Below the pieces are notes generated by a model. That model was not told the origin of the DNA and did not search any database. It saw only the letters and a program-made list of their open reading frames with translations. The position numbers and the translations under genes were made by a program. Shown here piece by piece: positions 19,425 to 29,552 of a stretch of DNA of 64,000 bases (the first letter of the stretch is position 1; each line of letters starts with the position of its first letter). The stretch comes from Candidatus Multivorans sp. (GTDB lineage Bacteria; Acidobacteriota; Thermoanaerobaculia; Multivoradales; Multivoraceae). The stretch is taken from the NCBI GenBank assembly GCA_965224025.1, contig OZ245033.1:1792001-1856000 (forward strand). Direction: 5' to 3'.

Positions 19425-19859
19425 CTATCGGCCCGGCGGCTCGGTCGCGTCGCGACCGTCGCGCGGCGCACCGGTACCGGACGAGCCCATGAACAGCTTG
19501 CGACCGTCGGGGAAGGTCAGGTCACGGCCGTTCGCCTTGTTCGAACCGTCCTTCGCCTGATAGCCGTCGACCACGATCTCGGTGCCAGGCAGAAGCGACT
19601 TCTTTGAGAAGCCCCGGCGCGCCAGCGTGTTCGGCGTACCGCCCTCGACCATCCAGACTGTCGATGAGCCGTCGTCGTTCGTGACCTCGAGGTGAATCCA
19701 GGCGTGGGGGTTGATCCACTCCATCTTGGTCACCGTGCCGCGCAACTGAAGCGGCCGGTCGGCATCGAACTCGGCCGAGAAGGCGTGGTGCGCGGCGACG
19801 GGCATGGCGAGCACCAGGGCCACGCCAGCGGCCAGTAGAGCAATTCGCTTGAACTTCAT
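19425..19859 (-). CDS. DUF6152 family protein
   Basis: Signal peptide, then AHHAFSAEFD…GTVTKMEWINPHAWI. Confidence 0.85.
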   Translation of the reverse strand: MKFKRIALLAAGVALVLAMPVAAHHAFSAEFDADRPLQLRGTVTKMEWINPHAWIHLEVTNDDGSSTVWMVEGGTPNTLARRGFSKKSLLPGTEIVVDGYQAKDGSNKANGRDLTFPDGRKLFMGSSGTGAPRDGRDATEPPGR

Positions 19860-19893
19860 CGTTGGTTCTCCTCTTCGACGTACGGCTTGAGTG

Positions 19894-20715
19894 CTACGGA
19901 CTCGAGTCTGCGCCCTTGCGCAGGTGCCCGTACATCAGCTCTTCGGCGAACTCGACGCACTTGAACTCCAGGAGCTGCATGTTCGGGTCGATCCGGCGGT
20001 AGAGCGGCAGGCTGATCTGCCAGGGCTCGCTGTAGACGTTCTCGTCGGTGATCGTCGCCTCGTACCGCAGGTGATGCGGGCTCATCGCGGTCCAGCGCTC
20101 CTCGACATGGATCGCATCCGTGTGGTGGTTGCCGCTCGAATCGAGCCAGGTGTCGGGTACCTGGCTCGTCACGTCGACGACCAGGGTCTCGCCCTCCCAT
20201 CGCCCGCGGGAGTGGCCCATCCAGGCGTCGAAGGGGGCCTCGAAGTCGGGCCGATTCATGTAGACCACCCGGGTGGAGCTGGCGAACTCGTATGCGATCA
20301 GGACGTGATCCGGCGTCTGGACGATCTGGAGGGGGAAGGGCATGTAGTTGGCGCGCGGAATGCCCGGCATGTAGCACTTGACCGCCGGGTCGAGTTCCAT
20401 CCAGTTCTCGCGGTTCTTGTTCCGCAGTTCAAGCGCATCCGGCAGGTAGGGAATCTTCCCGCCCTCGACGACGCCGAGGCCGCCCGGGATGGCGCCCAGC
20501 GCGCCCATCTCGACCACCGGTCCATGGCGGGCCGCATGGGCCTCGATGTCCCAGTGCATCGCGCCCAGAGCCTGCCAGATCCCGTTCAGATCGGGCTTGC
20601 CGTCGTGCGTGCGGGGCGCCGTGTAGTCCGCATCTTGCGCCGCGGCGGGCGCGGCCGCCAGGACGACCGCCACCACGGCCGCGATCGACGTTCGTTCGAT
20701 GAGACTCCGCTTCAT
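19894..20715 (-). CDS. Secreted hypothetical protein often found beside DUF6152
   Basis: Signal peptide; PRTHDGKPDLNGIW, DPAVKCYMPGIPR, WMGHSRGRWEGETLVVD, LEFKC. Confidence 0.75.
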   Translation of the reverse strand: MKRSLIERTSIAAVVAVVLAAAPAAAQDADYTAPRTHDGKPDLNGIWQALGAMHWDIEAHAARHGPVVEMGALGAIPGGLGVVEGGKIPYLPDALELRNKNRENWMELDPAVKCYMPGIPRANYMPFPLQIVQTPDHVLIAYEFASSTRVVYMNRPDFEAPFDAWMGHSRGRWEGETLVVDVTSQVPDTWLDSSGNHHTDAIHVEERWTAMSPHHLRYEATITDENVYSEPWQISLPLYRRIDPNMQLLEFKCVEFAEELMYGHLRKGADSSP

Positions 20716-20895
20716 CAGACCCCCTCTCCCGTCGCCCCAGAATTCCTCGTACCTCGGTCTGCTGGCCCAGCCCATCCTCGCCGGGACGCCACGCCGAAGA
20801 ACTCGCTCCGCGTCATTCCGCACCGCCGCCTCCCGGCCCGGAACGGTGAGGATAGCAGCCGGCACCCTAGGCCGCCGGCGCTAACATGGTGTCTC

Positions 20896-22815
20896 TTGAC
20901 CGGTTCACGGGTTCTCTGCAAATCGCCGAGGTTGCTGATCGCAACGGTCGCAGCGATCATCGCCGCAACGCACTGGTACGGCCTACCCCGGGCCGCCGCG
21001 CAGGCTCGACCAGGCGACAACGCCGGCGAACGAACCGAGGGCGAGACGGGCCGCCCGATCCGCGAGGACATCGTCCTTCGCGAGTCGATCGACGTGCGGT
21101 TGATCAGCCTCGACGCCGTGGTCACCGACTCTTCCGACCGCCCGGTCACCGGCTTGACCAGGGACGACTTCGAGCTGAAGGTCGAGGGAAAACCGGTCGA
21201 AATCCTGAGCGTGTCGGCCGCCGAGGACCTCCGCGAAACGGTCAGCGGCCGCCTCACGATCCTCCTCTTCATCGATGAGCGGCACCTGCAGCGGAAGCAC
21301 CGCGACACGGCCCTGGCCGAGATCGCCGACGCTCTGGACGCGGAGATCGACGCCAACCCGACCTGGGTGGCGGCTGCCGCGTTCGGAGAGGGTCTCGAAG
21401 CACTGCTGGCGCCGACTCGTGACCGCGAGGCGGTGCGGACCGTAATCACCGCGGCCTCGGGCCGCGAGCCGCCCACGACGAGCCTCCGCAGCCAGCAGCG
21501 CACCGCTTCTCTGGCCGTGCGCGAGGCGTTGCGGCTGATGGCTGCCAAGGGCAGCCGCTACCGGCTGGGCGAAGCCTCTCTCGCCAGCGTCGAGGCGAAT
21601 CTCCGCAGCTACGGCGAAGCCCTGCGGCTCGACACCCTCCAGACCATCAACGCCGTGCGTTCCCTGGTCGAAGCTCTGGCCTTCGTGCCGGGGCGCAAGG
21701 CAGTCCTGTTCGTGAGCGACGGCCTCCCCCGCTATCCGCTCGACGGCGCCGCGAAGACGATGTACGACCGGCTCGCGGGTGACTCGCGGCAGTTGGATGG
21801 CGACGAGTTGATGCTCGATCCGGGCTCGCTCGATCTCCACGACCGGAATCACCGCCCCTTCGGCGTCGACCGCGCCGACCGCATGGGCCGGCCAACGGGC
21901 ATCGTGCAGGTCGACGACGGCGGCGCGATGTCTTTCCAGACCCTGGCCGCCGAGTTGAGCTGCGGGCACGCCTTCGATCAGCTCGCCGCGCTGGCAAACA
22001 CGCACCGGGTTACCTTCTATCCGCTCAAGCCGCCGGTCGTCGACCCGTCGATCAGCGGCCTGGGCGAAAGCGCCGCCGGCCGCGGTTCGATCGTCGAGCT
22101 GTCGGACGTGCGCTCCGGCCTGGAGAGCCTGGCCGGCCTGACCGGCGGCCTGTCCTTCACGGCGGAGACCGGCGTCGGCAAGTTCCTCCAGTTGACCCGG
22201 ACCGACATCTCGACCTACTACTCGCTTTCCTTCGCACCGCCGGACTCGATGGGCGATACCGGCATCCGCGAGGTCACCCTCCGGGTGCGGAAACGGTCCG
22301 CAACACGGCACGGCCGGGTGCGCTACCGCACCAGCTACGTGCCGGTGACGATCCAGCAGAACCTCGCCAGTCGCGCCTGGGGCACGCTGCTGTTCGGCTG
22401 GGAGAAGAACTCACACGGCATGGAGGTCGAGATCGGCCGGATCGCGCGCGCCGATACGGGCAGAGACGGTGGACGGACGCCGCTTGAGGTTGTCGCCAGC
22501 CTGCCGATCGGCGAACTGGAACTGGCGCCGACGCGAGCTGCCCGCAACCCCGTCGCCAGCGGCCACTACCGCGTCGTGCTCCAGGTTCAACGCGACGACG
22601 GAAGCCGGATGCCGCCCCAGCACTTCGACTTCGAACTCAACGTGCCCGTCGCCGAACTCGAGGCCGCGGCGGGCCAGTACATTGCCGTGCGCAGCGGCCT
22701 GCTCCTGGGGCCGGGAAGCTACCGTCTGGCGGTCGGCCTCTGGGAGGAGAACAGCGGACGCTCGTCCTTCGTGGTGCGGGAACTGTCGATCCAGCCGGAC
22801 CCGAGCGTCGCCTAG
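20896..22815 (+). CDS. VWFA-related acidobacterial domain protein (start approximate)
   Basis: VRLISLDAVVTD…VTGLTRDDFEL, GRKAVLFVSDG, LAGLTGG, YYSLSF. Confidence 0.85.
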   Translation: MTGSRVLCKSPRLLIATVAAIIAATHWYGLPRAAAQARPGDNAGERTEGETGRPIREDIVLRESIDVRLISLDAVVTDSSDRPVTGLTRDDFELKVEGKPVEILSVSAAEDLRETVSGRLTILLFIDERHLQRKHRDTALAEIADALDAEIDANPTWVAAAAFGEGLEALLAPTRDREAVRTVITAASGREPPTTSLRSQQRTASLAVREALRLMAAKGSRYRLGEASLASVEANLRSYGEALRLDTLQTINAVRSLVEALAFVPGRKAVLFVSDGLPRYPLDGAAKTMYDRLAGDSRQLDGDELMLDPGSLDLHDRNHRPFGVDRADRMGRPTGIVQVDDGGAMSFQTLAAELSCGHAFDQLAALANTHRVTFYPLKPPVVDPSISGLGESAAGRGSIVELSDVRSGLESLAGLTGGLSFTAETGVGKFLQLTRTDISTYYSLSFAPPDSMGDTGIREVTLRVRKRSATRHGRVRYRTSYVPVTIQQNLASRAWGTLLFGWEKNSHGMEVEIGRIARADTGRDGGRTPLEVVASLPIGELELAPTRAARNPVASGHYRVVLQVQRDDGSRMPPQHFDFELNVPVAELEAAAGQYIAVRSGLLLGPGSYRLAVGLWEENSGRSSFVVRELSIQPDPSVA

Positions 22816-22841
22816 GGACGGACCACTGCACGCCACGGCGG

Positions 22842-25800
22842 TCAGCGGCGCCCGGCGACCTTGCGCGCCGGCCGCTTCTGGACCTCGTCCAGCAGCTTTT
22901 CGAGCCGGAGACGTTCACCCTCCCGGAGCCGCCTGTTCTGGCCCTCCGGCCGGCGATCCACGAGCTTCTTCAGGTCGAGAAGCCAGTCGAGATCGGCCTG
23001 CACGTCGCCTTCCGCCAACGGGGCGGCACGCTCCCACAGGCCGGCATTGCGCAGCACGCGCAGCTCGTCCCGAAGCGCGTTGGCCTGGCGATAGATCCCG
23101 GCGGCGTCGCCGGGCCGGCCCTGGGCCTCCCGCAATCGACCCAGCCGCCGCAGGTCGGTCGGCGTCGCCCCCAGAAGTAACTCGGCTGAGCCAAGACGCT
23201 TTCTTCGCTCCGCGGGCCTCTCGTCTCCGCCGCCCGCTCGGATCAGAGTGTCGAACGCCCTCTTGCGGATCGTGTGCGCCTTCGCCGCAGAGTCGCCCGC
23301 ATAGCCGGTCAGTTCAAACCATGCCTCCACATCGGCGCGAGCAAGGGCCCCACCGAGACCGGGATCGGAGGCCCCCTCTTCCACTGCTCGTCGAAGCGCC
23401 TGCGCTGCCCGCAGGAGCGCTCCCTGAAGCCAGGTCCCGCCGGCGGCGTCCGAACGGCCAGTCAGCTCACGCGCCGCCTCCAGCAGCAGGTAGGGCATCT
23501 CCGTCCTGTTTCTTGACCAGTACTCGAGCTCGTAGAACGCCGTCCGCTCGATCTGCCGCGAGTCGTCATCCGACTCGAAGACCTCCTCCGCCGGCGTCAG
23601 CAGATCCTCCCGGCTCATGCCGTCCGGCACGCCGTCCACCATCAGCCGGGCGGCGGTCGCCAGCAGGGCGGTGCGCGCGTCCTCACGGACCGCCGGATCG
23701 GACACGCCATTCGGAAGATCGGGATCGCCGAGCAATCGGATCGCCTGGCACGCACGCTGCCAGGCGCGCCGTGGCGCCGAGTCGATCAACGCCCGCGCGT
23801 CTTCCGTACGCACCTGCACCCGCTCCTCGGCCGACGCCTCCGAGCGGGCGAAGTGGTCCAGGAGATCCCCGGCGTCGTACGGCGCCGGGTCGCCGAGAAA
23901 CTCGCGGCTCAGGACGCCGGCGCCCCGGAACCCGATCTCCACCGGCTGGCCGGTCGCCGTGCTCATCAGGCGCATCGGGTTCTTCTTCGTCTCCGCGGTC
24001 TCCACGTCCACGAAGGCGAGCGTCTCCGTAGCCCGGCTCAAGGCAACCCGTAGGTGGTCGACGACCGTGCGATGCAGGTTCTGCTCCACCTCCGATCCGC
24101 TGCCGTAGTCCCCGGGTCCGGTGCGAAGGAACGCCAGGAGGCGCCCCGGATTCAGAACGCATACGGACTGGTACTCCAGCCCCTTTGCCTGAGCGGTCGT
24201 CAGCACGGAAGGCCGCAGACGCTCCGGCATCCATTCCGGCGGCGCGTCCCACGGCGACACGACGACCACGCCGTCCGCCTGTTCGAGCCCCTCCAGGAGG
24301 TCGACGGCTTCGGCCGGATCGCCGATCCGCACATGGAGAAGATGGGCGTCGACATGCTCGCCGGCATCCTGGCGCCTCTGTTTCGCCGGTCGACGGGTCT
24401 TGAGGATGTCGCGGTAACTCTCCGACGCCCGGTCGACGACTTCGGCGATCCGCCGAGGACAGCGAAGATGCTCCCCCAACTGGAACTTCTGCGGCCGGCC
24501 GACCCGGAGGGCGAGGAGGTCGTTCAGCCGCGCCCACTCGAAACCGGTGGGGCGGACGGTCTGGCCCTCGTCGCCGGCCATCAGGAGCCACGGACCGCGC
24601 CGGCGGGCGAGCCCGATCGCCCGGCAGAGTTCGACCACGACTGCCGTCTCGACGAGAGTGAGATCCTGCGCTTCGTCGACCACGACGCGGTCGAAGCTCT
24701 CGAACCCCTCTGGAACGCCGCCCTTCAGCCGCTCGATCGCTTCCACCGCCGCGACGAGCTCGGGAAAGACCGCCCGCACACCGTCGCCGGGGAAGAACCG
24801 GGCAACCTTGAGCAGCGCCTTCGCCGCCTTCTCGCCCACGCCGGCGTACCCGCCCCGAAGTTCGCGGTAGGCGCGGTCGCCCAAGCGGCACACTCCGCCT
24901 TTCGAGATGCATCCGTCCGCGCCCGGAATGGCCCGGCCGAAGAGAATGGCGCGCATCTCGGCGTGAAGCGCATCGCGTTGCCGCGCCCAGGGCCCGGCAA
25001 CGTCCATCCCCAGCCGCGCGAGGGTGTCCCTGAACCTGGCGCGGCTCGCGTCAAGCGTCAGCGTCGGCGTGTCGACGCCGCGAATCTCGCCCAGGAAGGT
25101 CGAAAAGTCGCGCGTCTCCACATGGACGTCGACCGGCGCGAAGGACGCGAAGCGCTCCCTGGCGACCCGCGCCAGATCGCTTGACCAGGTGAGATAGAGA
25201 ACGCGGTCGCCGTTCCGCGCTTCCACCGCCTTCCACAGCGCAGTCGTCTTCCCCGACCCGGGTCGACCGTGGAGAAGGCGGACCGGGCCGTCGTCCCGAA
25301 CGAACCGGTTCTGCTCATCGGTCCAGGCGGGATCGTCGGCGATGTCGTCGAGTTCCTCCGGTTTGGCGAGCCGCTGATACCCTCCGATCCCTCCGGCGGC
25401 AAGCGGTTCGTGATCGTCGTGATGCCGGACGGAGCGCACCAGAATGGCGCCTCCAGGAAGATCCAGTTCCTTCGCCGCCTGGCTGCCCTGGAGCGTCCAC
25501 CAAAGGTAGTAGTGCATGCCGTTGCTGCCGCCGAGAGGAGACCGGCGCCAACCCGGGTTGCCGCTTCCGCACCCCTTGACGATCGTCGTCCGTCCATGCG
25601 CCGCCAGGTGCTGGAGCACCAGCCCGAACCGCTTGCGAAGCTGCGGCCACTGATCGAGCCGGTCCCAGGCATCCCCGTGGAGCCAGATGTCATGGCGGAG
25701 TTCCGGGAACGTCAGTTCACCCGGCCGCGCCGGACGGTCAGGCCAGCTTCGCAGCAGGGACCGCTTGTCGGGATTCAACCCCGGCCGCGGCATGGACTCC

Positions 25801-25868
25801 GGTTCAAAGAGGAACCGCGCGCGCCCGGAATGGTCCCACTCGGCAGGCTTCCCGGACGGGTCGATCAC
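22842..25868 (-). CDS. Superfamily 1 (UvrD/Rep-like) helicase with extra N-terminal domain and helical C-terminus
   Basis: GRPGSGKTT, VVVDEAQD, AGDEGQT, QAKGLEY, VALSRA motifs. Confidence 0.85.
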   Translation of the reverse strand: MIDPSGKPAEWDHSGRARFLFEPESMPRPGLNPDKRSLLRSWPDRPARPGELTFPELRHDIWLHGDAWDRLDQWPQLRKRFGLVLQHLAAHGRTTIVKGCGSGNPGWRRSPLGGSNGMHYYLWWTLQGSQAAKELDLPGGAILVRSVRHHDDHEPLAAGGIGGYQRLAKPEELDDIADDPAWTDEQNRFVRDDGPVRLLHGRPGSGKTTALWKAVEARNGDRVLYLTWSSDLARVARERFASFAPVDVHVETRDFSTFLGEIRGVDTPTLTLDASRARFRDTLARLGMDVAGPWARQRDALHAEMRAILFGRAIPGADGCISKGGVCRLGDRAYRELRGGYAGVGEKAAKALLKVARFFPGDGVRAVFPELVAAVEAIERLKGGVPEGFESFDRVVVDEAQDLTLVETAVVVELCRAIGLARRRGPWLLMAGDEGQTVRPTGFEWARLNDLLALRVGRPQKFQLGEHLRCPRRIAEVVDRASESYRDILKTRRPAKQRRQDAGEHVDAHLLHVRIGDPAEAVDLLEGLEQADGVVVVSPWDAPPEWMPERLRPSVLTTAQAKGLEYQSVCVLNPGRLLAFLRTGPGDYGSGSEVEQNLHRTVVDHLRVALSRATETLAFVDVETAETKKNPMRLMSTATGQPVEIGFRGAGVLSREFLGDPAPYDAGDLLDHFARSEASAEERVQVRTEDARALIDSAPRRAWQRACQAIRLLGDPDLPNGVSDPAVREDARTALLATAARLMVDGVPDGMSREDLLTPAEEVFESDDDSRQIERTAFYELEYWSRNRTEMPYLLLEAARELTGRSDAAGGTWLQGALLRAAQALRRAVEEGASDPGLGGALARADVEAWFELTGYAGDSAAKAHTIRKRAFDTLIRAGGGDERPAERRKRLGSAELLLGATPTDLRRLGRLREAQGRPGDAAGIYRQANALRDELRVLRNAGLWERAAPLAEGDVQADLDWLLDLKKLVDRRPEGQNRRLREGERLRLEKLLDEVQKRPARKVAGRR

Positions 25869-26169
25869 GACGCCGATCCGCAGGCCGTCCGACGCTCACG
25901 TACGAGCAAAGAACCTGATCGGAGCATGGTCGGCATCGTGCTTGATCCGGGTCGGGAACAGACGCTCATCGTAGCAGCCGGCGCCGCGCCGGCGCGGACT
26001 CCGGCGGGCCAGGGGCAGGACCATTCCAAAGTCCGACGCTTCGCGTCGGATGCGGGCAGATGCCAGCGTTCCCAAGCTCGGAGAGCCGTGCCGGCACAGG
26101 TCCATCGATCCGGGAGTGATGCCCGCACCTCCGGCCGCGGAATGGCCGACTTTGGAAGCCTTGGGGCCA

Positions 26170-27690
26170 GGGAGCCGAAGGCGACGCGACAGCCTGAACG
26201 TCGCACTGTTCTGCGTCGTAAGCCAGTCGCCGTCGAAGAAACCACCCCGGAAGGTCAGGTTGTCGTACCAGAAAGCCCGCTTGCCGCTGGTCGAGAATCC
26301 ACCGGCGTAGCCCTGGTTCTCATACAGGCCCACCGGGACCACGATGTCGGAGGCGATCTCGAACGGCTCGAACAACTGCTCCTTGGTCCAGCGGGGGCCG
26401 AACCAGAGGAACTCGCCACTCTCCGTCGCGAAACCGAGCGGAGAAAGGGCTACGCTCTGACTCTCCAGACGGCCGTCGCTGCTCCGTTCGAAGCGTTGGA
26501 CACCGAAGTCGGACCACCAGCTCAGCAGCCCCCTCTTCTCGATCCGGGGACGCCATTCCAGGCGAGGGTAGAACATCCGGAAGTCGCGGCGCAGGAGGAA
26601 GCCGACGGTGGGATCGAAGTCTGGCTGCACCTCGACGTAGTCGGCCGAAGCGGTGAGTTCCGGCCCCTGGTACAGGAATCCCGCGCCCCGGGTCTCGTTG
26701 CCTTCCTCCTCTCCGACGCCGAGTCCCAGATCGCTCTCAGCCCAGAACCCGAGAACTCGATACGCTGCGTCGGCTTGAGGTCGAAGTCGAGACCGTAGAG
26801 CCGTTCACCGGCCAGCCCCTCCCGGTCCCGGTGCGTGAAGCTGCCGCCGATCGTCGACCGCTCGCCGATGTTCCTGGTCACCCGAGCCATGCCGTAGGTG
26901 GCGCCCGGTACGGCAGCCTCGCCGTTCTCCCTCTCCGGGAGACCGGCCGTGCCGATTCCGAGCATGCCGAGGTTCCAGCCCCCGGCTCGTCCGGTCAGGC
27001 GGACGCCGCAATCGATCGGCACCGTGCGGCCGCCTTCGAGCCCGATTCGGCGGGAGAAGAACGGCTTCATCAGCGGCTGCCCCCAGCCCACGCGCGGACG
27101 CGGCCCGAAGTCGAAAACGCCCGCGTTCTCGAGGAAGAAGTCCCGCTTCTCGGGAAAGAACAGGGAGAACCGGGTCAGATTCACCTGCTGGTCGTCGACT
27201 TCCACTTCGGCGAAGTCCGTGTTGTAGGTCAGATCCAGCACCAGGGAGCGGGTCAGCCCCCACTTCAGGTCGAGACCGCCGTCAAGGTCGTCGGCGCTGT
27301 CTCCTCGAACCCGATCGTCGTTACGACCGCCTACGGCGTATGGCTTCACGTCAAGTTGACGCGAGGGCCGCAGATCGCGCAGGCCCTTCAGTTCCCCTGC
27401 CAGAGAAACGCGGTAAACGGCATTCTGGCCGAACTGGGACAGATCGCTGTTGATGCTGGCCTCGAGCGGCAGCGGCACGCAGTGCGTCTCCTCGTTCCTG
27501 CGCCGGACCATCCGCTGCACGTTCAGACTCCACACGTCGCTCCGAGGGTCGAAACGCAGCGTCGAGACCGGTATCGCGATCTCCGCCACCCAGCCCTGCC
27601 CCGTCCGCCGCGCCGCGACATCCCACACTCCGTCCCAAGCCCAGTTCACATCTCTGCCCTCGTCGGTGAGCAGAGCGTCCCAACTCGCGT
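26170..27690 (-). pseudogene. DUF5916 protein fragment, frameshifted and truncated at both ends
   Basis: WDGVWDVAA…WVAEIAIP..TLRF, NTDFAEVEVDDQQVNLTRFSLFFPEKRDFFLE, FFSRRIGL; frame break at ~26750. Confidence 0.75.
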
Positions 27691-28192
27691 TCAGGTCGTC
27701 GAGCTTGAGCAGGACGACGGCGACAAGACGCCCGAGGAGGATCACGCATGCGAGTGCCGCCGGCACGGCCACGGCAAAGCCCAGGACGCCGGCTGTGCGC
27801 GTCAAGAGAAGGTAGAGCAGCGATGGCCCGAACAAAGGGAGCCACAAGCCGGACAACCCGGCGCCGACCCGTAGCGCCTAAAGCGCCCGAAACTGCACCG
27901 GCAGCGGCAACAAGCGCCGAACGTCGAAAACCCGGGACATCTCGAAGCGCATCACGACCGCTGCAACGACCCAGAACAGCACCGCGATCGCGGCCAGCAG
28001 GTTCAGAGTGTTCCGCCGCAGCAGGTCGTCATCCAGTTCGAAGGTCGCTGCCGTGGCCCCGACCAGGAGCACGCCGAGAAGAAGAAGGGCGCCGCCCATG
28101 AGGAGCTTCCCAAAGCGCTCCTTTCTGCCCCGCCGCCAGTTGTCCCGCAGAATGGTCGGCATCAACGCCCGGCAATCGCTCAGCGTGCCCAT
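27691..28192 (-). pseudogene. Third paralogue of the 13.5/15.4 kb permeases, N-terminal fragment with in-frame TAG
   Basis: VFDVRRLLPLPVQFRAL*ALRVGAGLSGLWLPLFGP…LTRTAG aligns with LLDLDDLLRLPVGFRDLYGLRFALSTMGYWLLVLGP…VMRSGG. Confidence 0.65.
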
Positions 28193-28376
28193 CAGGCGAT
28201 CCTAGCCGCGCCAAACGACGAACCGGCGACGCGTCCAGCCCCTTTGTCCAGGCGCCTTCGCCGCAAACCCGGGCTCTGACGATGCCTGGAGTCGCGATAG
28301 TCTGCGGCTTTCCGGCCGCTCACCAGGCCTCGCGAGGCGCGAACCCGCGTCGGAGCGGGGTCCCAGGAGACATACG

Positions 28377-29414
28377 ATGTCCACACGCATGCTGTTGATC
28401 GCTCTCGGCTGCGCCGGCGCCGCCGGATTCCTTGGCGCCGCAGGCCACGACAAGACCTCCGACACCATGGCCTCGGCCGCGAACAACCTGCTCGCGTCGC
28501 TCGACGCCGCCCAGCGCACAATTGTGATGCTCGGCATGGGCGACGCCGAGAGGGTCGACTGGCACTTCATCCCCAAGGCGCGCAAGGGCCTGTCGATGCT
28601 GGACATGAGCCCGGACCAGCACCATCTGCTCCACGCCCTGCTCAGCGCCTCGCTGAGCCGAACGGGATACGGCAAAACGACGACCGTGATGAGCCTGGAG
28701 GCGGTGCTGCGCAAGCTTGAGGAGGCTGCAGGCGGGAACCCCTTCACGTCAATGCGGGATCCCCTTCGCTACCACGTGACCTTCTTCGGCGCGCCCAGCG
28801 AGGACGGCGACTGGGGCTGGAGCTTCGAGGGACACCACGTGTCGCTCAACTTCACCGTCGTCGCCGGGGAGGCGACCGCCTCCACGCCCCTCTTCCTGGG
28901 CGCCAACCCGCACCGGGTGCCGAGCGGCCCGCGCGAGGGCCTGCGCGCCCTGGGACGCGAGGAGGACCTCGCCCGGACGCTGCTCGAATCCCTGGACGAG
29001 GAGCAGCGCAAGAAGGCCGTCATCGGCGACGAGGCGCCGCGCGACATCTTCAGTTCGAACCAGCCGCGGGTGGAACGCCAGGTGCCGAGAGGCGTACCGG
29101 CAAGCGCCCTCGATTCCGAGCAACGGGAACTCCTCGACGCGCTGATCGAGGAGTACGCCGGCAACGTGCCGCCGGACCTCGCCGCCAGGCGCCGGGCCCA
29201 GGTCGAGGCGGCCGGCAACGCGATCCACTTCGCCTGGATGGGACCGGTGGAGCTCGGAGCGCCCCACTACTACCGCATCCAGGCGCCGGACTTCGTCATC
29301 GAGTACGACAACGTTCAGAACGCCGCCAACCACAGCCACACCGTCTGGCGCGACTTCGACGGCGACTTCGGCCGCGACCTCCTGGCCGAGCACCACCGCG
29401 ACTACGAACACTGA
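28377..29414 (+). CDS. DUF3500 domain protein
   Basis: WHFIP..RKGL, WGWSFEGHHVSLN, HYYRIQ…IEYDNVQNAANHSHTVWRD. Confidence 0.9.
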   Translation: MSTRMLLIALGCAGAAGFLGAAGHDKTSDTMASAANNLLASLDAAQRTIVMLGMGDAERVDWHFIPKARKGLSMLDMSPDQHHLLHALLSASLSRTGYGKTTTVMSLEAVLRKLEEAAGGNPFTSMRDPLRYHVTFFGAPSEDGDWGWSFEGHHVSLNFTVVAGEATASTPLFLGANPHRVPSGPREGLRALGREEDLARTLLESLDEEQRKKAVIGDEAPRDIFSSNQPRVERQVPRGVPASALDSEQRELLDALIEEYAGNVPPDLAARRRAQVEAAGNAIHFAWMGPVELGAPHYYRIQAPDFVIEYDNVQNAANHSHTVWRDFDGDFGRDLLAEHHRDYEH

Positions 29415-29424
29415 GGTGGCCACA

Positions 29425-29513
29425 AACAAGATCCGCACAACTGACGCCCGCCTATCGAGTTTATGAGGATCTTGTTCTTCGGGATCTTCGGAAGAACAAG
29501 TTCCTCACAACTC
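29425..29513. repeat. Imperfect inverted repeat (about 23-bp arms) plus a third partial arm
   Basis: GAGTTTATGAGGATCTTGTTCTTC / GAAGAACAAGTTCCTCACAACTC, with an extra AACAAGATCCGCACAACT upstream. Confidence 0.65.
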
Positions 29514-29552
29514 GGCCCATAGGAAAGCTCCAGACTGCGCAAGAGACGCTCG

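Noticed and set aside
19891-20895. N-terminal extension of the 974-aa ORF 19891-22815
   Set aside because: It is the antisense shadow of the real minus-strand gene 19894-20715; VWA-like sequence begins only after ~20900.
27878-27880. In-frame TAG as pyrrolysine or recoding
   Set aside because: Paralogues have Tyr here (a single-base change), the gene is also truncated, and no pyl genes are seen.
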